From Fimbriosthenelais zetlandica (lineage: Eukaryota), in NCBI GenBank assembly GCA_977030845.1, contig OZ365112.1, forward strand, positions 14,074,001-14,138,000: 64,000 bases of DNA, read 5' to 3'. A program made the position numbers and the translations under genes. The notes under the pieces were generated by a model. The model worked only from the letters and a program-made list of their open reading frames with translations, was not told where the DNA came from and did not search any database. Positions 22,501 to 34,900 of the stretch are shown one piece after another. Within the stretch, counting starts at the first letter, position 1, and each line of letters begins with the position of its first letter.

Positions 22501-25500
22501 AAGGCAGGGCGAAGCAAAAGCGTGTAATTTTATTGGGGTTTCTATGATTAATGGGTTCAATTTTCCTTAATAGTCCGGACATTGTGATGCAAAGGCTTTG
22601 TAGCAAGAAAATGCTAGTAAAAGCGATGGTATTTAATGACATTTCTCCAAATCATTTTCCGATCATTTCCCTTGAGTCTTGTGGAGGAAAATGGCAGATC
22701 TGTTTAAATACGGCCTTCTTCCCTGAGAATGGTCAAGCGTTTGAAGATGTATACGAGGAGAGAGGCATGTCAACATCCAATAACCACCCAGTACTTCTGA
22801 CACCTCCTCCATCCATACTGCTCACCATAAGTGGGTGCCAATGCAAAAACACACCACTCCACAGTGACCTATGGACATTGTCCACTATCTATAGAATAAA
22901 GCTCAGCCATTGCCCTCCTCCACCCCGAGCCTGAGGAGTGGACACAATCCGGACTGTATGTAGTAGTAAAAAAGAGATATGGTGATGGTCAGTGAATGGA
23001 CGGAGGCTGGAGGTCGTTGTAGTACTAGAGCTGTCGGTAGGGGTCCCTCTTTACATCTAGCATGTGTTTTATAGCAATCGGGCGAGCATTGCTTATCCCT
23101 CGTTTTTCTGCTCTACCTACAAGCCCAGCAGCCCAATGGCAGATGGCTATAGGGTATACGTGAAGCCACAAGCCATTTGTAGATGCTGAATAGTGGACGA
23201 TACCAAACCTGGAAACTATATCGTGTGTGGGCCTATAATTACCATTAATTAAGTAAATGCACCATATGACCACATTGATTGATGGGAGGGGGGTCTGTGC
23301 ATATATAATTACATGTGATTTTTTCTTCTGATAACGCAACAATGAAATAAACAACACTCACTGAGGCCTGCTTATGAGCTTTCCGTGTTTGTAGATTCAA
23401 ATCCATATTGAAATTTCAAGACAGATGCCAAATAATGTGCGTAAAGAAGCGGGGCTAGTGGGGAATGGATCAATATTGGTTTCACATGTGGTAGCCATTG
23501 ATTGGGTTGTAATTATTTATCTCATGCACATCGTATGAATATTTCACACCTTGTAATGCTCTATTGAATCACAGGACTTCTGATGGACAAACAGAGTCAA
23601 GTATATCTCAAACCCAAGTTATTAACGGGACGATTTAAACCCCAATGTTATTTAGTAAACTGTTCAAGTTAGCAAGGAAAAGAAATTAGAAATGCATTTG
23701 ATTATTGCATAGACACATCCTTGTTCATTCTAGTAGGTCTGGGCCAGGTGTCCTTAACCTGTTTAGGTAGGAGCTATATGTTAATGCTCTTTTAATAGAG
23801 CCACACCTGGTAACTGGTAGGGCTTCCTTAGGTTCTGATTAAACTACACATCTCTTGTTCAGCTGCAGCATCCACTCTTTGTGACTTCACCTTAAATAGT
23901 TTAGATATTACACAAGAACATTTCTGTATCCATATAATCATACTATATCTCTGAGAGCTACATTAGAGTGGTCATATTAACGTTCCATGTATCCAGTTTC
24001 AAAGGTCCGAAATGTGCTGATTTCCAGCTAGAATACAAGACTATAGAAAGTGTCACACTCATTAGCCCTTCAATCCCTTCCTCCCATTGAAACAAGCCAG
24101 TAATGCTCGGACAGCCAGGCCAGGGGCTTTTACCACAAATTGCTATGAGTCAATCTTATTGCCAGGCCTAACGACAGAGTCATGTGTGACTAGGCATAGT
24201 GACCGGGGGTCGTTGGACCTTGCCCCTAATGATGATTTTTGACACAATATTAATGACCCCCAAAGGGTAAGGCAGGGGCATCAAAGCCCCCCATGAAGCC
24301 TATATAGGCCAGGTCTGGCCAGTCCAGATTTTTAGAGCACAGTGTAAACAAACCATCATCCCTAGTTCCTTATCAACATCAATGGACTTTTCATTGTTGA
24401 AATTTGATTGACAATGCTGAGTGATTTTTAATCCCTTGGACATGTGTCAAAGGGTATTACTGACCCAACATTGTTTCTTTTCAAGAACATTTTAACTCCT
24501 ATTACTTCCCTTATTTGCATTGAAGTACTAATGGCTGTAACGGTTCATTATGGGTTATTCCTCTGGATAGTACATGATCTGAGCATTTAGAAAAGAGGTC
24601 AGATTGTCAGAAATGACCATTGGTCACACAGTAGACACATTTCACTGACCACTTTCTGACCACTCGGCCGTGACGAGGTAATTAGACCCAGCGGGTCTCT
24701 CTCCATGCCAGAGGAGTTGACCATCACAGATTGATAGTAACCCCGGGTCCAGACTCCCCTCATCAACCCCCCACCCCTCCAGCCATCCCCCTCATTCCCC
24801 AATAAGGCCCGCAAAACTGGATAGCGATTGAATTTCCATTATTTTTAGCCAGAAAATTGCAATGGAAAGAACTGTATACCTACAAATTACAGGTACAGTT
24901 ATGATGAACTGAAAATTGCCTTTCTTGTATAAGGTCTCTTGCTGTGGACTTGGTTAAAATGATAATTAAAAAGTAGCCGATTTTCGGCCTCACTACAAAC
25001 AGCATCTCCCCTTGAGTGGTCTAACACGCATCCGCCCAGTTCTCTCCCCTCAAATTGAATTAATTTCTGATGATGATTAATGAATAATCGGAAGAAAAGC
25101 AGAAATATAATGACTTGTGAGGCTGTTTCTGCTGCAGCATCATTTGTTGACTTTGCATCAGGGGTTTACTGACCATGCAAACTGCATCCCCAGTCGTGTG
25201 GGTTTTTTTTATCGCAGATTTCAGTCTACCCACAGGACTCATTTGCAAAAGCCTGCATCTGTGGTCCACTTCCCTTTGTCCCCATCATCTGAGCAGGGAA
25301 AATAGCAATCACCAATGCCCAGTCTCGGTAAATTGGAGACGAGGAAATTTCCAGAAGTCGTTAAAAACCCATCACTGTGGAGTCGTCACTTATACTTGAC
25401 TGAATCGAAAAATTGAACAGAGATTTGGCAAGTAACATCTCTTGTTGAAAGTGGTATATAGATGCAATATCATTGACACACATCTTGATGCTGTGTACAA

Positions 25501-26193
25501 GTCAGTGATTAGAACGAGATACAAACATATTGCATTTAAATTGGCTTATAATATCTATGTAGGAAGCCACACTTCGTCTGGCTGAAGCCTTGTATATAAT
25601 CGCCATGCGGGGGAAGACTTCCTTCTCAGATCTAACCCATTTTTGACACGCGTCCTGAGACATCTGAAACTTAAAAGTTCTACCATTTATCATTTTCGCC
25701 CATAAGTTCAAGTGCCTAGTTCAGCTGGTACTCTTTCATATTGGAACTTAAACCCTTGACTGACCATATCAACTTTTACGCCATTTTTAAATAGACAATT
25801 TAGATGGTTTTCTAAGGGAAAATAAAGCCAGGAATTGAAACGGTTTAGGAAGCCATTGAGTAAATTCTGGAGCCATTGGTTAAATTATCTTTTGTGAAGA
25901 GGAAAGTTGCGCTCTATAGTGGATCTTAGATTTAAGTCCTGCACTGGAGTCATAGCCAGGTCAACATTCTTCCTCCCCCTCCTCTTCCTGCCTATCCCTT
26001 CCTCGCTCCACCTCCAGCTCAGAGGGAGATGAAAATGTGATATATCCATGCATACGCATGGCCTTTCATGAACCCAGTGCACCTGATGGCCATTCTGTAT
26101 GCTGCGCATCACATGTATCATGGCTACATGTGTATGATAACATTTACTGTAATCCTGGCTAACATCTCACCACTTGTGTAGGCCTACTCAAAA

Positions 26194-26420
26194 TGGCTTC
26201 TTCATTTTGGTGGCTTCGGTGAATGGCTTCCCATGGTGGCTTCCTTTGGTGGCTTCCCTTGTTGGCTTCCTTTGGTGGCTTCCCTTGTTGGCTTCTGTCA
26301 ATGGCTTCCCTCGAAGACTTCTTTGGTGGTCTCTATTAATGGGCCCCTTTTTTGCTTTTCATAAATGGCTTCCCTTGTGTTTTCCATTAGTGGCTTCCCT
26401 TGGTATCAATGGCTTCCCTT
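26194..26420. repeat. Degenerate minisatellite with core TGGCTTC(C), unit about 14-16 bp
   Basis: More than ten tggcttc cores separated by short (ct)ttg(g/t)-type spacers, inside the Lox5 intron. Confidence 0.85.
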
Positions 26421-26604
26421 GAAGTTTGTGGTAAGCCATGGGTGGCTGATTAGATTTTAACTAGTCATGTAAAGTGAGAGTCATATTTGCAACGAAGACT
26501 CAAGAGGAAACACGCTACAGTCGAAGGCATAAACCAGTCAGCAACACTGGGGAGAAAAGGACAATTGAAAATTTGGAAATAAAGCCAATAGTAAGTAGCT
26601 AGCT

Positions 26605-26790
26605 GTAAGGTTTTAGTTTGTAAGTTTGGGTGGGGTGGGGGGTAAGTTTTTAATTTGTAAGTTGGGGGTGTATAAGTCTTTAGTTTGTAAGTTGGGGGTG
26701 TATAAGTTTTTACTTTGTAAGTTGGGGGTGTATAAGTCTTTAGTTTGTAAGTTGGGGGGTATATAAGCCTTTAGTTTATAAGTTGGGGGG
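26605..26790. repeat. 30-bp tandem repeat (tataagtctttagtttgtaagttgggggtg), about 6 copies
   Basis: 30-nt periodicity is directly visible over 26641-26760, with more degenerate outer copies. Confidence 0.92.
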
Positions 26791-27659
26791 AGGGTGGGGG
26801 AGCTGGGGACACTCCGGTCCTACCCATCAGCTGTCATCATCATACATGAATCAGGTCAACGGGTCAGAGGTCAGAGCCTGGTCTATAATTTGAATACTAT
26901 TTGAGGATGACCAACTATAATAAGAGGGGAGCCCGTTATTATGGGTTACCTCCAGGGCCCATCCATGAGATAGATGAGAGGATCAGGCTAAATGCGGCTA
27001 AACTGGGATATAATTAGCCGCTATATTAATCAGTCATAGCCGCTAATCATTCAAGGTACTAATTAAATGCTTAGGGTTGCCAATCAAATTGTCATATTTC
27101 TAAAAAATAATACTGTAGAGTAAAGTAGCTTTTGCTTGGGTACTCTATGTTAAATTGCTCAAAAATGACTCTTTGGCAGAGACCTGAATGTTTTCTATAC
27201 CTGAGGCAAGAGTTGTTTTCCTCTACCTCTCTAGTAACCCTTCCTCTCCTTCAGACCTACCCACCTGATTACCAATGTGTTGTAAAATAACTTAATTAGG
27301 CCTTAATTTTTAACATTGACCCTTAAAACATTGCTTACTAATTAGAGGTCCCTGACACATGATGAAGTCCATGTGTCATTGGAGGCGAATTTTAGACACG
27401 GAAAAACGTCATTGAACTGATTTGGCTTTGATCGATAGTTCCTCTTCACTCTGCGCATGCTCTGTTCATTGGCACTTGGACAGTTGGTAGCCTGGAGGTA
27501 AAATATACATGTACGCACAAGCGGTTAGCATGTTAGGCCACTCTCCTGCTGCTATATGCATACTGCCGGCCTTGACCCCGAACCATTGTCATTTCAATTT
27601 ATTTCCTGTCAAACCTTCAGTTAGACTAGTCATGCCTTGAATCTTTCCTTGTTGTACCT

Positions 27660-27721
27660 CTATTTTTATGTGTGTTTCTTGTATGTAAGTCTATTTTTAT
27701 GTGTGTTTCTTGTATGAAAGT
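27660..27721. repeat. 31-bp tandem duplication
   Basis: ctatttttatgtgtgtttcttgtatg(t/a)aagt occurs twice with one mismatch. Confidence 0.92.
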
Positions 27722-27959
27722 CTGAAACGCCTTAGTTTAATTGGGCTTATGAATAGGGAATGTTTCAGAAGAAATAGGTGCTACATTAGCTCGTATTTAC
27801 TCAATCTAATGTGTTGCACTACTTACGAAACTACGCCCAGAAACTTATGATAGTCTTTGCATGTCTCAACTGCACTTGTTTGATTGATGAATCGATTTAA
27901 ATGATAATTTTACATGAAATTTATATTGATATCTTTCTTCCTAAGTAAAGCAACTTTGA

Positions 27960-28304
<345 letters not shown>

Positions 28305-29770
28305 TCCAAGTCTTGTAATTTTTTTTTCGTGGACACTTTTTTTCTTGAAGTCTGAAGTGCATTTTATCTCGACCATGATGGAAAAGAGTTTGGTTCTCTG
28401 CCTGACGTTTCATTATGATCTATGTCTTCTGTATGTACGTATATACTCATATTAGGGGTATGGACATTTCAAAGAGGCTACCAATTATATTGGTATGTCT
28501 CTGATAAGCTTGTATTTGGTAGAAGGGATTAATACAAGCTCCTCTCAATCTCTCAGGAATTAATGACTGAAAAGAAATCAGAAAGGCTCTTATATAGCCT
28601 TTCATTGTGCTGACCGTGACTACCTCAGGTGTTTTCATTGAACTATTATATATACACATATATATTTTGTTATCATATTTGACATTTTTCGTTTTTGCAT
28701 TTTCCCCATGACAACATATTATATATACATGGACCAAGCTCAAGAATATTTTCCAAATATATACAACATTCTCAACCTTTTTTTGAAGACAGAAGATCTC
28801 ATCTTGATGTAAGAAGTTTATGAATAGAAGGACATACAATATATATAGTTATATATGGCTAACATGTATTACCCTTCGCTGAAAGTATAATAATGTTGTT
28901 TTGAAGGGAATACATGTGGTCTTTATCGAGAATATTTTACAATGCAAGTTGACTATGACACCAAAGTACCTACTTCAATACACATTGAGTAGCAACAGAC
29001 TTGAGATACCAACCGCCTTTTTACCAGCCTACATAGAAATGTATGCCATTGTCATTCACATTGAATGGTCCTTATATTTGGTAATATCATTCAGAGATGG
29101 TGGAAGGGAAAAATTAATTGACGAAAAAAACTTAATTACAGGCAGGTGTAACGACTAATGAAAACATCAATGTCATTACAGCCACTTCCCTGCTTGGCAG
29201 TTGAAGAAAGAAGGGTAGAAGGGACAAATGGGTTCTGGCTACTGCCCCTCCTCCCACTTCACCCCCATCCTCCCTCACTCGCCACCATTACATGCGGGCA
29301 CATTGAAAGACGCGATCAGTTTAAGAAAAAATCCCCTCAAAATACCTAAGAGCCCAACTCCCAAGACATAGTCCTTCCCAGATTTCTTATTCTCCTCAGC
29401 CTATAGGGGCCCCCGAGGGATGTAGGCTGTGGGATGGCTGGAGGGGAGGGTGGCAGGTATAGAGGGGGGAAGGGGAGAGTATCTGGACGCCCAGAGCCCA
29501 GAACTCCACGCATCTGTTCCACACATCGCCGTTGCCATAGTAACGGAATGCCAAGTGGGTTAGTGTTGCCTGTGTTGATTTGCTTTGGTGGGTAGAGTGG
29601 GTAGAGTACTGAAGCAGGTGTGGGAATACCCCTCAATAGTAACATGAATATAGATAAGATTAATGGAAAGATACAGTTCCAAATTTATATACAAATGTCC
29701 AGTAACCGGAAGTTGAAAGCGAAAGAAGAAATGCTAGAGATGATCACAAAAGGTGAGTGATGAAAATCTC

Positions 29771-29847
29771 GGGGTCTGTTTCACAAAATGGTGCACTATA
29801 ATATATGAGCCAATGTTAAATCTGACACTTCCTGTGAAACAGGCCCC
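29771..29847. mobile_element. MITE-like element with 15-bp terminal inverted repeats
   Basis: ggggtctgtttcaca (29771-29785) versus tgtgaaacaggcccc (29833-29847): 14 of 15 positions complementary. Same TIR family as 771-848. Confidence 0.55.
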
Positions 29848-31326
29848 TGTGTTATCCAATCTATAATACGTCCCATCAGTTTTCTTCACACAATTCTTCT
29901 TCTCTTCTGGCTCTGGTCGTTATTTGTGACCTCCCTGGAGGGGGTTCTGGTGACAGTATTAGTATGAGACTGAGGACACGCCCCTTCCGCTGTAGTGATC
30001 AGCACGTGTCTCCAGGGTAAGCATAAAACAAAGCCACACCAGCACCATATCACTGACAAAGCACCAACTCACCAACTCATACATATATACAAAAACACAC
30101 ATCCACAATCATACTCAGGGGTCAAGCCAAAGCCAACAAGTCATCCTTCACCCACACGTGTCTGTGTACTCACACCAACTACAACCTCTTTATATATGAC
30201 TTATATACAAGTTCACTTAAGTAGGGGGTGCATATTGCTATATCATCTCAGCAGTCATATGACCCCAGCCAAAATTTGCCCTTTCAGCCCACACTCCCAC
30301 ATGAGGCCTTGTTGACAAATTGAACAAAAGCCTTGAAAATTGAACACAAGTATCATATCCTTATTGTCATGAAAGGAAAGACAGATAGAAGTAAATATCA
30401 AAAATAGTAGTGGACTCTCTTGCTTGTACTTACATGTCCACTATCAAGTATAACATATTATACATATCACGTGTCTGTTATACGCCCGTAACTGCCTAAT
30501 TTCTGATCTCTCCCACTCAATCAATGGCAGCAAAATTTATATATTCGTGAGATGAAAAGGTTTGAAAGAAATAAGAGCAGATTCCCCCACCAAAACCCCT
30601 AAAGTCCTTACATCATATATACCTCAAGTATGAATGGAACGATATATTACTAAAGTTCAATTACTCCCGCTATTTGAGTTAGTGATATTATATAGTGTCA
30701 ACACTTGCCATTGATTTTTACATTGATTAAGTATAATCAATGATGTTCCATGATAGTCAACATACATTAGCAATCATAAATAGATTGAGGGATATTTATT
30801 TGATATCACAAATCGTTTTGCCCATTCAGTGACAAAATGCATCGGATTGATCGAATCTCAGGGGTAATATTCATTAATAATTCGGTGCATTTTGGTGAAC
30901 ATCCAACATTGACTTACTCTAAACATGACCTATATGTCAATATGACAATTATAGGTGACAAATAGTCGTGAGATGCTGCAGTAAGCAATATAATATATAG
31001 TTTTGCACCAAAATGTTTGAATGATTGGTGTATATGAGTCCGATTTCCTTCAGATATATATTGAATACTTTGTTGAATACTTTGTCAACATGTAATTCCG
31101 TATGCATGCAAGAAAAGGTCCAGTCACTGGTCGTATGACGTGTTGCATCAGCATTAAATCGGTTGAGATTGAAACGATAATGAAATATGATAAATACATT
31201 ATTTCTAACCAACTTATCCTATAGGTGTAAAAATGATGGAAGATAATTGCTATTATGCACTAATATACAGACTCCTATTATCTAGTCCCTTTGATAGAAA
31301 GGTCACTTCAAACTCCGCCCAAAAAC

Positions 31327-31380
31327 ACATGTAAAAATACCATGAAAATACATGTAAATTACCATGAAAAATACATGTAC
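31327..31380. repeat. ~23-bp degenerate tandem repeat, about 2.3 copies
   Basis: acatgtaaaaataccatgaaaat / acatgtaaattaccatgaaaaat / acatgtac. Confidence 0.7.
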
Positions 31381-31885
31381 AGTACATGCTTTTTTCCATG
31401 ATGATCTAACGTTCTGGGAAGCAATGTTAAATTAGACCAGTGACGTCTAAATTCTTATATCGTGGACGTATAACCATTGTTCCTATATGGGGACTTTTCT
31501 TGTAGAGGCATGATAGACGTGTAAATATGGACTTAGTAGTTTGTGATGTGAAAGTCTGGAAAAAGAGGAACGGCAGATGAAGCATCTGGAGAGGTGTATA
31601 GTAGAGTGAATGCTTCTGGAATATTAATAGGAGTCGCTGTCACTGTGTATGAAATCTTTGTATCTGTCTCACTCTGGATCGCATGTAAGATTATATCCCG
31701 ATCATTGACCTCTAACCTCTGGAATAGTTACCGATGGCAAATTTTGTAAATTAATCCATTTCCTGGATGGATGTTCCGTGTTTTGCTATGTTGCAAAGAT
31801 TTAGTATTTAGACCACTGTGTAAAAGAATCATCATCTCCATCAAAATACTGTACAGATAAGAGATATGTCGTATTATTAAACACC

Positions 31886-31928
31886 GGGGCTTGTTTCCAA
31901 AAAAAGACGTACTAGATTAGCCAATGAG
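31886..31928. repeat. Degenerate left TIR of the same MITE-like family
   Basis: ggggcttgtttccaa followed by agccaatg, an 8-mer also present inside the 29771 copy. Confidence 0.3.
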
Positions 31929-34900
31929 CAGTCGCCAGGACCGAAAGAAGTTCCTATTTACATAATATATTGGTAGTATGGATATTTTTAACATTGATGT
32001 CTTAAAACGTTGGTCAACCATTGTATTGTATTTAAAAATGCGTTAGGTCTGAATCACTTATCATTTGAAAAGGTCAATAATGATAAACCCGAAATCCACG
32101 ATAGTTATTATTGCTAAAAAGTGCATTTTTTTTAGAAACTTGAATAGAAAACAGGACACTTTCATTTGAAGCAAGTAGCAGTTGGGGTGCCAACAGGGTC
32201 TGTTGAAGGGCATGACATTTTTGCAAATATTTTGCAAAATCAGGTCATGAGAAACGAGAGACTGTACTATAATTGTAATTAAGTATATTAAGCTGCTAGA
32301 TATGAATCGCTTTTAGGTCATTGCTGTTGTCTTTTACTTTCAATCGAGTGCTTATTTCTTGCACATACATTATGTATTATACCAATCTTGAATCAATATA
32401 ATAATTTCATATACCCACACTGAAAGATATCCCTGAACAAATGACAATAGAAGGTAGGAACTAAATCATCAATGATGCTAGTTTCTAGTGCTTGGCTTTG
32501 TGAATATACGCTGTAATCCCCGTACTTCAGACAAGCTTGATTTGCCTGCCTAATTTTAAGTTATTATGATGCCTCTCCATAGTTCATTCCAGCTATAGAT
32601 TGTAATGGGAGCTCCCCAGATAAAACTGTGATCGATCTCAATGTTATAATTCAATGGTTGAAGAGACGAAACAAGTGATTGTCACCCACATAATAGGCTT
32701 GTAATAATATCTAGGTGACTCTCTGGAGGAGCTTCCCAAGTGGGCTTTCAATTTGTTCAATTTATGAACTATTTTTTGCATATATTGGTTTTTCCTTTAA
32801 TGTAGCTGCGCTTAATTTCTACATGGCATAGATGTTGCCCTCGGTAGCCAGTTACAGTATTGAGATGTGATCTGTGATCCTTTACGTCCGTGTCTGCTGA
32901 CTATAGAGACACTACAAGAACCAAAGAATTGACAACTAGTATAGGCAATTATTCCCTTCCCTTTCAATGTGCTTATGTGTTCATAGCGTTGCTTAGATGT
33001 CATTAGGGATATCTTTCACTGTGGGTTAAATAATGTAGGTACCTTATGTAAGAAAAAAACAGGTCAAAAACTAAAATAACACGAAAATATCCATGTTATA
33101 GTCAAATGTTGCAATGAAAGCCAATAATTTAGCATGATGCATGTATGATGAGGGATATCAGTTCAATGACAGGTCTTTTTATGGACCCTTTTACCACCTG
33201 GCAATGAAAAATGGTTCTGAAACAACAACCAAGGTGTATGAGGGTACATTAATCAAATATTTCTACATTTTTGGATTTGTTGATGTCAGAATATGCTTTG
33301 CTTGTGCACGCCCGGGAATTAATGGGTTTGCACCAATGGAAATTGCACCTTCAATGGTGAACTCTTGATGGTTCTTTTCATTGCTTCCCGACCTTTCTGA
33401 ATTGTTACGTAACCCTGCTTGCTTGGACATCAATAATGATAGCTTTGGCCAACCAAAGTGTTGAGATTTATTGCCGATCAGTCAATAATAAGACCCGATG
33501 TTGGTAGGATTTAATTTGTCAGGTAGTAAGGGTCTTATGTCATGGTCAAAGGTGATGGGGCGTTAACAGCAGCCCCGGGAATTCACTTCACAATAGCCAC
33601 CACATGCCTGCCATATAATGAACCCTCCATTATATTCTGTCCAAATTACACCTTGATGGTTTAATCTTAATTCAATCTCACACACCCTATCCAGCATTCA
33701 TTCATTGTTATTGGTCCTGAAACATTCACATTAATGTTCATTTAAGAGCAATATAAATGAAAGAGAATTACGCAAATTGGATCAATGGAACATGTATGAA
33801 TCCTCGGATATGTACACCAATGGTGGTACCCCAACAGTGCAATATCTTTGAAGTGATTGCAAAAAAATGGATATAACCTATAACCATATATAGTGCAAAG
33901 AACCGGTCCTTTCTGTACAAAAATGACACAGTATATATTATGTGGTGAAAGTAAAAGGATGTAATATTGTACACATGTGTTGTTGTAACATTTTATTACT
34001 TATTTATAAACAGCGTTTTCCCCTCTAGGGCCCTCTTAAGTTGTGTTGGGGGGTCTGTAACCGTCGTGTTGCTTAGGTAAAGATATTTTTGTTGTGTCGA
34101 TACTTTGCAGATACAGGTTAACAAAACAGACTGGTTTTCTATTACAAACCTGTATTATACATGCAGATGTTTACTTTTGTGAAATAAATTCATATATAAG
34201 GGAAAGTTATCGTTTGTCTTTTGTATTCGTATCATCATTATGAATGTATATCTAAATTTGTGAGCAATAATGGTATGGTTGACTTCAAATTGTTTCATGA
34301 AATCATCTTTCTGTGTTGGCTCTTGTACATCTGCTACCGGCAGTAGGACAATACGTAGCAATACTTGGATGAATGGTGCTACAGACATTCTATTTATTAA
34401 CATTTCAGATAACAATGGCTGGTTGCATTATGGGGGCTGTTCAACATGAAATGAACAGTTCATAACAGGTCATGGATGCATTCCTATCGGTGTGGGACAA
34501 TAGCATTCATTAAGTATTTTTTTATGAGCGATCAATGTAATGGGGCAGGAAACTGTGAACTGTTTGAGTATAATCTCGGGAAATGCTTGTTATTTCGAAT
34601 GGATACACGGGTCCTTTATGTCTCCTCACTACCAGGCCCATTAATATTATTGCCATGATAAAAACCCACAAAACAGCCATATTTTAAAATGGAGGCCTAC
34701 TCTGGCACCAATGTTCTGAAATTCCGCCATTACTATTAGCAGAACTATAGGTCTCCCTAGAATAAGTCAAGTATTTCAATTTTATTTGGATATAATCTGA
34801 TTTTATTTGACGAAAAAAGTTACAATGTCCGTAACGTTAATTTTTCATAATTATATTAACTGACATGTGATATTAGCATTGAGTTACGCATGGATAAATG

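Noticed and set aside
26194-26790. Repeat arrays as a possible CRISPR
   Set aside because: Units are directly tandem or degenerate with no unique constant-length spacers and no cas genes, and the context is a eukaryotic intron.
28436-28441. TACGTA in the Lox5 3' UTR as an iab-8 seed site
   Set aside because: A single 6-mer is expected by chance, and iab-4/iab-8 is established in arthropods rather than in this clade.
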